From the sequence record SRR9188677_86: a DNA stretch of 64,000 bases; one strand, 5' to 3'. This document shows, one piece after another, positions 29,573 through 38,828 of the stretch. A program made the position numbers and the translations under genes. Within the stretch, counting starts at the first letter, position 1; every line of letters starts with the position of its first letter. The notes below the pieces were generated by a model. It had not been told where the DNA came from, did no database searches, and saw nothing but the letters and a program-made list of their open reading frames with translations.

Positions 29573-31378
29573 ATGAAGAAAAAAATCTTACTGTTAATCA
29601 GCCTTTTTACTTTGTTTTCTGAAGCCCAAACAACTAAAGAAGAGTTTCTGAATTTAGGGCTAAAGCAGCACAACAATAAAAATTACGAGGAAGCCATTTC
29701 CTTATACAACAAAGCACTCCTACTGGATTCCTCCTATTTTTCCGCTTATATAAACAGAGGAAACAGTTATTTTGAAAAAGCAGATTATGCCAAAGCCCTT
29801 GCAGATGCCAATTCCGCAATGCTTTTGAATTCCACCAACGCTGTTCCTTACAATAGCAGAGGATTGGTTTATAAATTTCAGGGCAAATTAGAAGAGGCGA
29901 TTCTGGAATTCAATAAAGCCATCAGCCTGAATAAAAACTATTATGAAGCTTATGTAAATAAAGTGAGGGCGCAACTCGAAACCAAAAACCCCCAGGATGC
30001 CAAAATAACCGTAGACAACTTAAAGAAGGAGTTTCCTAAAGTCCCGGACAGTTTTATTGTGGGATTTATCTACTATGCTTTGAACCATGATATCGAAAAT
30101 GCGATGAAAGATCTAGATATCGCTGTAAATCTTGATCCGAAAGACGAAACAGCCTTAGATCACCGCGCACGCTACAAAGATGAAATTGGCGATGAAAAAG
30201 GAGCCCTAGATGATTTCAACAAGCTTATTTACCTGAATCCCGGCCAGGCCAAATATTACTATGGCAGAAGCAGTGCCAACTATGATCTGAAAAATTACGA
30301 AGCTGTAATTGATGACTGCAAGAAGGTATTGTCTACTGACGATAATTTTTATTCGGCCTATACTATGCTAGGTGATGTTTACGATACTTTGGGTGACAAA
30401 ACCAAATCTGTTTACAATTATGAAAGAGCCATAACCATCAGGCCAAATCAGGAATATGCCTATAACGAATTGGGGAAGATTTATTACGCCAAAGGGAATT
30501 ACCAAAGTGCTTTAAGCGTTTTCAACAGGATTTTAGAAAAGAATCCCAATGCAATTTCAAGCCTGGAACATAGGGCAGATTCTAATTACAAACTTCTTTA
30601 TTACACCAGATCCATTGATGATTATACCAAATTAATCAGCCTCAATCCGAACAAATACGAGTACTACATGAACAGGGCCAATTCAGAACTGGCAGCCGGA
30701 AAAAAAACCGAAGCCTGTACGGATATGAAAAAAGGAGCCAATATGGTAAAAAAGAAACTGTCTGAAGAATATCTGTATGCCCACAACTTTTTATACAAAA
30801 ACTGCAGGGAAAGCCTAAATCCGAAAAAAGTAAAAGTGAATGCCCTATATGATGAAGCATACGATTTGTATACTAAAGGAAAAATTGACCAAACTATAAA
30901 AAAGTATGATGAAATGATAAAGATAATCCCGGATTCTTCCTACCTGTATTACAACCGCGGGAAGTTCAAGCGCGAGCTCAGTGCGCATGAGGAAGCCATT
31001 TTAGATTACAAAAAAGCAGTTCAGTTGGATCAAAACAATGTGGAAGCCTGGACAGCCATGGGCGTATCTTATACCTATCTCAGGCAATATGACCAGGCAA
31101 TCAAAGCTTATCTTGAAGCCATAAAAGCAGACGGTTCATTTGCGATGGCTTACAACAATGTGGCACAGGTTTACCGAGAAAAAAAGGAAAATGATAAAGC
31201 ACTCCAATATCTCGAATTAGCCGTAAAGAAAGATCCTTTATACAAAGTAGCGTATTTCAGCTTAGGAGAATTATATGCCGATATCGGGAATAAGGAAAAA
31301 GCCTGCTACAATTTTAAACGTGCAGAAATTTTAGGCGATTTGATGGCAAGGATAAAAATCCTTTCGGAATGCCAATAA
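29573..31378 (+). CDS. Secreted tetratricopeptide repeat protein
   Basis: Signal peptide; many AY.NRG...A..D...AI.L.P repeats. Confidence 0.9.
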   Translation: MKKKILLLISLFTLFSEAQTTKEEFLNLGLKQHNNKNYEEAISLYNKALLLDSSYFSAYINRGNSYFEKADYAKALADANSAMLLNSTNAVPYNSRGLVYKFQGKLEEAILEFNKAISLNKNYYEAYVNKVRAQLETKNPQDAKITVDNLKKEFPKVPDSFIVGFIYYALNHDIENAMKDLDIAVNLDPKDETALDHRARYKDEIGDEKGALDDFNKLIYLNPGQAKYYYGRSSANYDLKNYEAVIDDCKKVLSTDDNFYSAYTMLGDVYDTLGDKTKSVYNYERAITIRPNQEYAYNELGKIYYAKGNYQSALSVFNRILEKNPNAISSLEHRADSNYKLLYYTRSIDDYTKLISLNPNKYEYYMNRANSELAAGKKTEACTDMKKGANMVKKKLSEEYLYAHNFLYKNCRESLNPKKVKVNALYDEAYDLYTKGKIDQTIKKYDEMIKIIPDSSYLYYNRGKFKRELSAHEEAILDYKKAVQLDQNNVEAWTAMGVSYTYLRQYDQAIKAYLEAIKADGSFAMAYNNVAQVYREKKENDKALQYLELAVKKDPLYKVAYFSLGELYADIGNKEKACYNFKRAEILGDLMARIKILSECQ

Positions 31379-31407
31379 AAAAGCCTCTCGTTTTGAGAGG
31401 CTTTTTT
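31377..31407. terminator. Bidirectional intrinsic terminator
   Basis: A6-GCCTCTC-GTTTT-GAGAGGC-T6. Confidence 0.85.
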
Positions 31408-31419
31408 AGTATATAAATT

Positions 31420-34400
31420 TTACATATTCCTTCTGTACTGTCCACCTACTTCAAACAAACCTGCTGTGATTTGCCCTAATGAACAATATTTAGTCGCATT
31501 CATCAGCACTTCAAAAATGTTCTCGTTATTGATGGCCGCATTCTGCAAAGCTGCGATCTGCTCCTCTTCTTTGTCGTGGTACGATTGATGCAAGCTCTCC
31601 AGGGTTTTGATCTGCTCCTGTTTTTCTTCTTCAGTCGCACGGATAACCTCAGCCGGAAGCACCGTTGGCGAACCTTTCGAGCTAAGGAAAGTATTTACTC
31701 CGATAATCGGGAATTCTCCGGTATGTTTCAACGTCTCATAATAAAGGCTTTCTTCCTGGATTTTGCTTCGCTGATACATCGTTTCCATCGCGCCTAAAAC
31801 CCCGCCTCGTTCCGTAATCCTATCGAATTCCTGTAAAACCGCATCTTCTACCAAATCAGTAAGTTCTTCAATAATGAATGAGCCCTGAATCGGATTTTCG
31901 TTTTTGGCCAAGCCCAATTCTTTATTGATAATCAGCTGGATAGCCATTGCACGGCGAACACTTTCTTCTGTTGGCGTTGTAATTGCCTCATCGTAAGCAT
32001 TGGTATGCAGTGAATTACAGTTATCGTAAATCGCATAAAGTGCCTGTAAAGTAGTCCGGATGTCATTAAAATCGATTTCCTGCGCGTGCAGTGAACGACC
32101 TGAAGTCTGGATATGGTATTTCAGCATCTGCGCTCTTTCATTGGCTCCGTATTTATTTTTCATGGCTTTCGCCCAGATTTTACGAGCTACACGACCGATT
32201 ACTGAATATTCCGGATCGATTCCGTTAGAGAAAAAGAATGATAAGTTGGGGCCAAAGTCGTTGATGTTCATTCCTCGGCTTAAATAATATTCCACGTAAG
32301 TGAAACCATTTGACAAAGTAAATGCCAATTGCGTGATCGGATTCGCCCCGGCTTCAGCAATATGATAGCCAGAAATTGAAACGGAATAGAAATTACGGAC
32401 GTTTTTCTGGATAAAGTATTCCTGAACGTCACCCATCAATCGCAATGCAAATTCCGTAGAGAAAATGCAGGTATTCTGTGCCTGGTCTTCCTTCAAAATA
32501 TCGGCCTGAACCGTTCCGCGAACCTGCGTTAAAGTTTTCACTTTGATATCCTGGTAAACTTCCATCGGCAAAACCTGATCACCTGTCACCCCAAGCAACA
32601 TCAAGCCTAAGCCGTCATTTCCTTGCGGAAGCGCACCGTTATATTTTGGACGGGTCAATCCTTTTTCCTTGTAGATTTCGTTGATTCGTTCTTCAACTTC
32701 TACCTGCAGATTGTTCTCAATAATGTATTTTTCACAGTTCTGGTCGATGGCGGCGTTCATAAAGAATCCCAACAACATCGGCGCAGGACCGTTAATTGTC
32801 ATAGAAACCGAAGTCAGCGGATGGCTCAAATCGAAGCCAGAATATAATTTTTTAGCATCATCCAGACAGCAGATGGAAACGCCGGCATTCCCGATTTTCC
32901 CATAAATATCCGGACGTAAATCCGGATCATTTCCGTACAACGTAACGCTGTCAAATGCTGTGGATAAACGTTTTGCAGGCATTCCCTGGCTTACGTAGTG
33001 GAAACGCTTATTGGTTCTTTCCGGGCCGCCTTCTCCCGCAAACATCCTTGACGGGTCTTCTCCTTCACGCTTAAACGGGTATAATCCGGAAGCAAAAGGA
33101 AATTCTCCGGGAACATTTTCCTGCAGGTTCCATCTCAAAATATCGCCCCAGGCCTGGTATTTCGGTAAGGCAACTTTTGGGATTTGCGTGTGTGATAAAC
33201 TTTCAGTATGCGTCTGGATTTTGATTTCCTTCTCACGCACCTTAAAGCTATAAACTGGGTTTTTATATTTGTTTACCTTGTCATTCCAGGTGATGATTAT
33301 CTCCCAATTGAACGGGTCAAGGTTCATTTTTACGCGGTCAAATTCCTTAACCAATAAGTTTAGGAACTCTTTGTTATCATGATTGTAATTCAGCGAATTA
33401 ATATCAATTCCAGATTTATCAAAATGCGGAAGTTTTCTGCTTACTGATTCAATCGTTTTATAAATTCCGTAAAGCTTCTGAGCGACTTCCACCTGCGTTA
33501 AAACGGTTTCGTCATATTTACGATTGTTCTCTGCAATTTCAGATAAATATCTTGTTCTGTGTGGCGGTATTACAAAAATCTTCTCGCTCATTTCACGCGT
33601 GATGTGAAAGTCTGACTTTAAATCAGCACCGGTTCTTTCCACAATCTTGTCCATCACTTTTTTGTAAAGCGTGTTCATTCCGGGGTCGTTAAATTGGGAA
33701 GCGATTGTACCTACAACCGGCATATCATCCGGGTTGGAATCCCACAAGTTGTGGTTTCGCTGGTATTGTTTCTTCACGTCACGGAGAGCATCCAAAGCGC
33801 CACGTTTGTCAAACTTATTGATGGCAACCAAATCGGCAAAATCAAGCATGTCGATTTTTTCCAATTGCGTCGCAGCACCAAATTCCGGAGTCATTACGTA
33901 TAAGGAAACATCGGAATGGTCCATAATTTCTGTATCTGACTGCCCGATACCTGAAGTTTCGAGTATTATGATGTCATATTTTGCCGCTTTCAAAACCTGG
34001 ATTGCTTCGGCTACATATTTCGACAAAGCCAAATTCGACTGACGTGTAGCCAGCGAACGCATATAAACCCTAGGATTATTGATCGCGTTCATTCGGATTC
34101 GGTCTCCCAATAGAGCGCCACCCGTTTTTCTTTTTGATGGATCAACCGAAATCAATCCGATGGTTTTTTCAGGGAAATCGATAAGAAAACGGCGAACGAG
34201 TTCATCCACAAGAGATGATTTTCCTGCACCACCCGTTCCTGTAATCCCAAGAACCGGGATCTTTGAGGTTTCGTTCATCGAATGAATATCATCAAAAACC
34301 GGTTTGGCAATTTCCGGGAAATTTTCCGCAGCAGAAATCAAACGCGCAATAGCTGTCGGGTTTTTATCTTCAATATGCTTTAATTCCCCATTCAGTTCAT

Positions 34401-34845
34401 CACCAATCGGATAATCGGAACGTTGTACCAAATCGTTTATCATACCCTGTAATCCCATGGCACGCCCGTCATCTGGGGCATAAATTCGGGTGACTCCGTA
34501 GTCCTGCAATTCGGCAATTTCACTTGGCAGGATCACTCCGCCTCCGCCTCCAAAAATCTTGATATGGCCCGCTCCCTTTTCTTTCAGCAAATCATACATG
34601 TATTTGAAATACTCGTTATGCCCGCCCTGATAGGAAGTCATCGCAATAGCATTCGCATCTTCCTGAATAGCAGTATTTACGACCTCTTCAACGCTTCGGT
34701 CATGGCCTAAGTGAATAACTTCTACACCAGTTGCCTGAATGATCCTCCGCATGATATTTATAGCGGCGTCATGTCCGTCAAAAAGCGAGGCTGCAGTTAC
34801 GATTCTAACTTTGTTTTTTGGAATATATGGGATTTGTGGTTCCAT
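31420..34845 (-). CDS. icmF: Fused isobutyryl-CoA mutase / G-protein chaperone (B12-dependent)
   Basis: DGHDAA B12-binding domain, GTGGAGKSS MeaB-like GTPase, [21 protein letters not shown] mutase barrel. Confidence 0.92.
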   Translation of the reverse strand: MEPQIPYIPKNKVRIVTAASLFDGHDAAINIMRRIIQATGVEVIHLGHDRSVEEVVNTAIQEDANAIAMTSYQGGHNEYFKYMYDLLKEKGAGHIKIFGGGGGVILPSEIAELQDYGVTRIYAPDDGRAMGLQGMINDLVQRSDYPIGDELNGELKHIEDKNPTAIARLISAAENFPEIAKPVFDDIHSMNETSKIPVLGITGTGGAGKSSLVDELVRRFLIDFPEKTIGLISVDPSKRKTGGALLGDRIRMNAINNPRVYMRSLATRQSNLALSKYVAEAIQVLKAAKYDIIILETSGIGQSDTEIMDHSDVSLYVMTPEFGAATQLEKIDMLDFADLVAINKFDKRGALDALRDVKKQYQRNHNLWDSNPDDMPVVGTIASQFNDPGMNTLYKKVMDKIVERTGADLKSDFHITREMSEKIFVIPPHRTRYLSEIAENNRKYDETVLTQVEVAQKLYGIYKTIESVSRKLPHFDKSGIDINSLNYNHDNKEFLNLLVKEFDRVKMNLDPFNWEIIITWNDKVNKYKNPVYSFKVREKEIKIQTHTESLSHTQIPKVALPKYQAWGDILRWNLQENVPGEFPFASGLYPFKREGEDPSRMFAGEGGPERTNKRFHYVSQGMPAKRLSTAFDSVTLYGNDPDLRPDIYGKIGNAGVSICCLDDAKKLYSGFDLSHPLTSVSMTINGPAPMLLGFFMNAAIDQNCEKYIIENNLQVEVEERINEIYKEKGLTRPKYNGALPQGNDGLGLMLLGVTGDQVLPMEVYQDIKVKTLTQVRGTVQADILKEDQAQNTCIFSTEFALRLMGDVQEYFIQKNVRNFYSVSISGYHIAEAGANPITQLAFTLSNGFTYVEYYLSRGMNINDFGPNLSFFFSNGIDPEYSVIGRVARKIWAKAMKNKYGANERAQMLKYHIQTSGRSLHAQEIDFNDIRTTLQALYAIYDNCNSLHTNAYDEAITTPTEESVRRAMAIQLIINKELGLAKNENPIQGSFIIEELTDLVEDAVLQEFDRITERGGVLGAMETMYQRSKIQEESLYYETLKHTGEFPIIGVNTFLSSKGSPTVLPAEVIRATEEEKQEQIKTLESLHQSYHDKEEEQIAALQNAAINNENIFEVLMNATKYCSLGQITAGLFEVGGQYRRNM

Positions 34846-34992
34846 TATAAGAATTTGATAATTTTAGAGCCGCAATTTACGTAATTAATAAAAATTAATC
34901 AGTAAACGGGTGGCATAATTTTTGGGAAGTTTGGCCTAAAATTAACACATTGCTTAAAATCAATTTTTAACTTTGGCAATCAAATATTTACT

Positions 34993-35718
34993 ATGAAATC
35001 AAAATTCGCCGTATTGTTATTACTTCCTGCTTTAGGATTTTCACAGCTAAAAGTTTTGGATCAGATTAAAAAGAAAATCCCAACTACTTCCAATTCATCT
35101 GCTTTATCTTCCCTCGACATTTCTAACGGATTGAAAGAAGCCTTAAATAAAGGAATTGAAAAACAGGTTACCAAATTAACTGCATTAGATGGTTTTTACA
35201 AAAACGAACTTGTAAAAATCCTGTTGCCGGAAGAACTTCAGAAAGTGGATAAAACCTTAAGGAAAATAGGATTGAGTTCGCTTGCCGACAAAGGAATCCT
35301 GATGCTGAACCGCGCAGCTGAAGATGCCGTAAAAGAGTCAACGCCAATTTTTGTAGCTGCTGTAAAAAACATGAGCTTTACCGATGCAAAAACAATCCTT
35401 ATGGGAAGCGACAATGCCGCAACCACTTACTTGCAAACATCCACCTCAACGCCTTTGTATGCCAAATTCAATCCCGTAATCAAAGCCTCTTTTGAAAATG
35501 TGGGCGCCGACAAGGTTTGGGCAACGATAATTTCAAAATACAACAGCCTTCCTTTAGTGACAAAAGTTAATCCTGATTTAACCGATTATACTACCAATAA
35601 AGCATTAGAAGGCGTATTCAAAATGATTGCCGTTGAGGAGAAAACCATCCGGACCGACCTGAATTCAAGGACTTCCACTCTTTTGAAAAAAGTGTTTGCC
35701 AAACAGGATACCAAATAG
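34993..35718 (+). CDS. DUF4197 family protein
   Basis: GLKEAL..G, LNRAAEDA, IAVEEKTIR, LLKKVF. Confidence 0.88.
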   Translation: MKSKFAVLLLLPALGFSQLKVLDQIKKKIPTTSNSSALSSLDISNGLKEALNKGIEKQVTKLTALDGFYKNELVKILLPEELQKVDKTLRKIGLSSLADKGILMLNRAAEDAVKESTPIFVAAVKNMSFTDAKTILMGSDNAATTYLQTSTSTPLYAKFNPVIKASFENVGADKVWATIISKYNSLPLVTKVNPDLTDYTTNKALEGVFKMIAVEEKTIRTDLNSRTSTLLKKVFAKQDTK

Positions 35719-35751
35719 ATTTTAACCGCAACTTAAATTTTTAGAAATCAA

Positions 35752-35807
35752 TAACATAAGAATAACATTTGCTTAACAGTATAGCTTAAAAACAGGGCGT
35801 ATCTTTG
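35752..35807 (+). promoter_or_regulatory. TAACA x3 at 11-bp period plus consensus -7 box
   Basis: TAACA at 35752, 35763, 35774; TATCTTTG at 35800-35807. Confidence 0.6.
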
Positions 35808-35811
35808 TAGA

Positions 35812-35890
35812 GTAATAAATTTGGTTTTTTATTATATTGGTTTAGGTTAGTTAAAAATTCCGGTTCTCTTCATTGAGTGCCGGTTTTTTT
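35812..35890 (+). ncRNA. Candidate sRNA 1 (~80 nt)
   Basis: Consensus -7 box, no ORF, U/G-rich body (TTGGTTTAGGTTAGTT), hairpin CCGGTTCTC/GAGTGCCGG + T7. Confidence 0.55.
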
Positions 35891-35909
35891 ATGTAATAAT
35901 AGAACCGTT

Positions 35910-36719
35910 TTATGCGATGCTTTCCTGAAGTTTCTTAAAATAAGCAAAAGCCTTTACCAATCGGCTGCCGTACCAGGAAAACATTTCACCATCTACAAAA
36001 ACAGTTTTGGCATGATGGGTATAGCGCCCCAGTTCAAAAGCATGTTCATCCTTAAACGGAAAAGGTTCTGAAGAGAGCAAGACCAAATCAGGATCGCCCT
36101 GAATGCGCATTTTCTGTTCTATTATTTCTGGATATCTTCCCTCGTATTTTGGGTTATTGTCGTAGATATTCTGGAACTTATTCAGCTTCAGCATTTCATT
36201 GATGAAAGTACCTCCGGCCGCAACCATATAAGGGTTGGCCCAGATGAAATAAGCCGCTTTCAAAACTTCTTTATCCTTTACAAATTCCATGAAATCTTTG
36301 TGGGCAAAGTTGATTTTATCGATCCACTTCTGGGCTTCGGTGCGTTTGTTGAAAAGACTTCCGAAATCTTCGATCATTTTGAGATTGTCTTCAAGGGTAA
36401 TAATATCGGTAACCCAAACCGGGCAGATCTGAGACAATTGTTCAACAATCTCGAGCGTATTTTCTTCCTTGTTGGCGATGATGATATCCGGTTCCAGCAG
36501 CCGGATCTTTTCGAAATGGACTTTTTTGGTTCCGCCCACAATCTTTTTGGTAGATTTGAGGTGATACGGATGCACGCAGAATTTGGTTATCCCTACCAGA
36601 CTATCTTCCAAATCGAGATCAAAAAGCAATTCGGTTTGTGACGGAACCAAAGAAACTATGCGCTTTGGAACCGTATCAAAACGGTGCTGACTGCCTAACT
36701 GATCTGTGAACGTTTTCAA
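35910..36719 (-). CDS. Helical-backbone metal receptor (BtuF/Fe-siderophore-type substrate-binding protein)
   Basis: PKRIVSLVPSQTE, VGGTK, ANKEEN, SSEPFPF, VDGEMFSWYG. Confidence 0.85.
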   Translation of the reverse strand: MKTFTDQLGSQHRFDTVPKRIVSLVPSQTELLFDLDLEDSLVGITKFCVHPYHLKSTKKIVGGTKKVHFEKIRLLEPDIIIANKEENTLEIVEQLSQICPVWVTDIITLEDNLKMIEDFGSLFNKRTEAQKWIDKINFAHKDFMEFVKDKEVLKAAYFIWANPYMVAAGGTFINEMLKLNKFQNIYDNNPKYEGRYPEIIEQKMRIQGDPDLVLLSSEPFPFKDEHAFELGRYTHHAKTVFVDGEMFSWYGSRLVKAFAYFKKLQESIA

Positions 36720-36724
36720 TTGGT

Positions 36725-37543
36725 TTAAAGTTTTTGAAGGATAGCTTCCATTTGCTTTTGCATTTTCAGGGCTTCTTCCCTAGCCTTTTGGGCAAAATCA
36801 ATTCCGCCGGAAGCATAGATGATTCCCCGTGAAGAATTAATCAGCAATCCAACATTCGGGCTCATTCCGTATTTGCATACTTCGGCTAAACTTCCACCCT
36901 GAGCGCCAACTCCTGGAACCAAAAGAAAACTGTCGGGGATGATTTTTCGGATTTCTGTAAAATAGTCCGCTTTGGTGGCACCCACAACGTACATCAGGCG
37001 TTCTGAATTCTTCCATGTTTTAGAAGTTTCAATAACGGTTTTATACAATTCGATCCCATGTACATTCTTGGTCTGAAAATCGAAAGCACCTTCGTTTGAG
37101 GTGAGTGCCAGCACAATCGCATGCTTATCTTCAAAAGCAAGAAAGGGTTCCACAGAATCTTTCCCCATATAAGGCGCAACGGTTACGCTGTCAAAATTTA
37201 AGTCTTCAAAGAATGCTTTAGCATACATGGTGGAAGTGTTTCCGATGTCACCGCGTTTGGCATCTGCAATGGTAAAAATATCCGGATGCTTTTGGTTTAG
37301 GTAATTAATCGTCTTTTGCAATGATTGCCAGCCTTTGATTCCGTATGCTTCATAAAAAGCCGTATTTGGTTTATACGAAACGCATAAATCGTGAGTAGCA
37401 TCAATAATAGCTTTGTTAAATTCGAATATAGGATCTTCAAATTGCAGTAAATGCGGTGGTATTTTTGACAGATCCACATCAAGGCCAATGCAAAGAAATG
37501 ATTTTTTGTGCCTGATTTGCTGAACGAGATTTTGTGTAGTCAT
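36725..37543 (-). CDS. pyrF: Orotidine-5'-phosphate decarboxylase
   Basis: [38 protein letters not shown]; start moved to ATG 37543. Confidence 0.96.
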   Translation of the reverse strand: MTTQNLVQQIRHKKSFLCIGLDVDLSKIPPHLLQFEDPIFEFNKAIIDATHDLCVSYKPNTAFYEAYGIKGWQSLQKTINYLNQKHPDIFTIADAKRGDIGNTSTMYAKAFFEDLNFDSVTVAPYMGKDSVEPFLAFEDKHAIVLALTSNEGAFDFQTKNVHGIELYKTVIETSKTWKNSERLMYVVGATKADYFTEIRKIIPDSFLLVPGVGAQGGSLAEVCKYGMSPNVGLLINSSRGIIYASGGIDFAQKAREEALKMQKQMEAILQKL

Positions 37544-37597
37544 TTTTGTAGTTGTGTGGTGCAAAGTTACGAATTGGAACGCAAAAAGTGAAAGTTT

Positions 37598-37652
37598 TAT
37601 AACATTAGTCTAAAATCATGTAACCGCTTCCCGGCCTTGGCAAATAACTTTG
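37598..37652 (+). promoter_or_regulatory. 21-bp-spaced direct repeat plus -7 box (probable AraC-type activator site)
   Basis: TATAACA (37598), TGTAACC (37619), TAACTTTG (37645-37652). Confidence 0.55.
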
Positions 37653-37656
37653 TAAT

Positions 37657-37745
37657 ACAAATGATAAACACCTACTATTATTATTTGTGTCCAATTTAAA
37701 GTTGGGGTTAGTAAAAAAAAGCTGTATGTATAATACAGCTTTTTT
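37657..37745 (+). ncRNA. Candidate sRNA 2 / terminated leader (~90 nt)
   Basis: -7 box upstream; GGTTAGT at 37706-37712; perfect terminator AAAAAAGCTGTAT-GTATA-ATACAGCTTTTTT (37715-37745). Confidence 0.5.
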
Positions 37746-37793
37746 GATAGATATTTTGCTACATTTACAAAAACAACCGTAATCGTAATATAT

Positions 37794-38351
37794 ATGAAGA
37801 TTTATGTAAAGTTTGATTTTAATACTGTCTGCCGAAAAGTTTTGGAAGATAAACTTAATAAACACAATATCAAGCACAAAGTCTTGGGTTTTGGTGAAAT
37901 TGACATCCTTGAAAAAAATGACGCCGCTGTAATGACAGCATTTACTGAAGAACTTAAAGAATACGGAATCGATATCATTGAAAACCAGAAAACCGTACTG
38001 GTGCAGAAAATAAAAGACACAATTATCGACATGATTCACAATTCGGATTTGGTTAATGTCAAAAGTTCTGTATATCTTGCAGAAAAGTTGAGCCACAGTT
38101 ACGGGTATCTTTCCAATTTGTTTTCTGATGTAACGTATACTTCGATTGAGAATTACATCATCATGCAGAAAATCGAATATGCCAAACAGCTGATTGTGAC
38201 TACCGATTTGAGTCTGACCGAAATCGCTTTCCAGCTGAATTACTCGAGTGTCGCACACTTAAGTACCCAGTTTAAGAATGCTACCGGGATTACGCCATCG
38301 GCATTTCAACGAATAATAACCAAACGAAGAGAAATCGCTAACCAAAAATAA
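37794..38351 (+). CDS. AraC family transcriptional regulator
   Basis: SYGYLSNLFS, LTEIAFQLNYSSVAHLSTQFKNATGITPS. Confidence 0.92.
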   Translation: MKIYVKFDFNTVCRKVLEDKLNKHNIKHKVLGFGEIDILEKNDAAVMTAFTEELKEYGIDIIENQKTVLVQKIKDTIIDMIHNSDLVNVKSSVYLAEKLSHSYGYLSNLFSDVTYTSIENYIIMQKIEYAKQLIVTTDLSLTEIAFQLNYSSVAHLSTQFKNATGITPSAFQRIITKRREIANQK

Positions 38352-38358
38352 AAAACCA

Positions 38359-38805
38359 GTGGACAAAGATTATATACACATTATACTTGCCGATGATGAC
38401 GAAGATGACAGAATGCTTTTTACGGACGCCTTTAGTGAATTACGAATTAACACCAAAGTAAATACGTTTAATGACGGTGTAGAATTGATGGATTACCTCA
38501 ATGCCCCCGATTCTGTTCTGCCCAATGTCCTGTTCCTCGATTTGAACATGCCTAAGAAAAATGGGATTGAATGCCTTTACGAAATAAAAAAAAATAGCCG
38601 CTTCAATGATATTGCAATTGCGATTTTCTCAACATCTTCTTCGGAAGAACACATTGAGGAAACTTTTGTGCAGGGTGCCAATATCTACATCAAGAAGCCT
38701 AGTGATTTTTCAACATTAAAGAAAGTATTGTCGGACGTGGTTACCATAAACTGGCAATACCACACATCTGGTTTAAACAGGGATAATTTTTTATTGCGCT
38801 TATAA
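38359..38805 (+). CDS. Single-domain response regulator
   Basis: ADDDEDD, FLDLNMP, STS, YIKKP. Confidence 0.93.
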   Translation: MDKDYIHIILADDDEDDRMLFTDAFSELRINTKVNTFNDGVELMDYLNAPDSVLPNVLFLDLNMPKKNGIECLYEIKKNSRFNDIAIAIFSTSSSEEHIEETFVQGANIYIKKPSDFSTLKKVLSDVVTINWQYHTSGLNRDNFLLRL

Positions 38806-38828
38806 AGCATTGCTAACTTACTGGAATT

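Noticed and set aside
34911-34925. Possible sigma-54 site TGGCATAATTTTTGG before DUF4197
   Set aside because: Poor -12 element, and a consensus TAACTTTG box at 34968-34975 already explains the promoter.
34846-36724. Cobalamin riboswitch near icmF or the BtuF-like gene
   Set aside because: No B12-box-like sequence seen; the BtuF-like gene follows pyrF by 5 bp.
37605-38258. 217-aa minus-strand ORF
   Set aside because: Antisense shadow of the araC gene, with no recognisable motifs; it also crosses a terminator and promoter.
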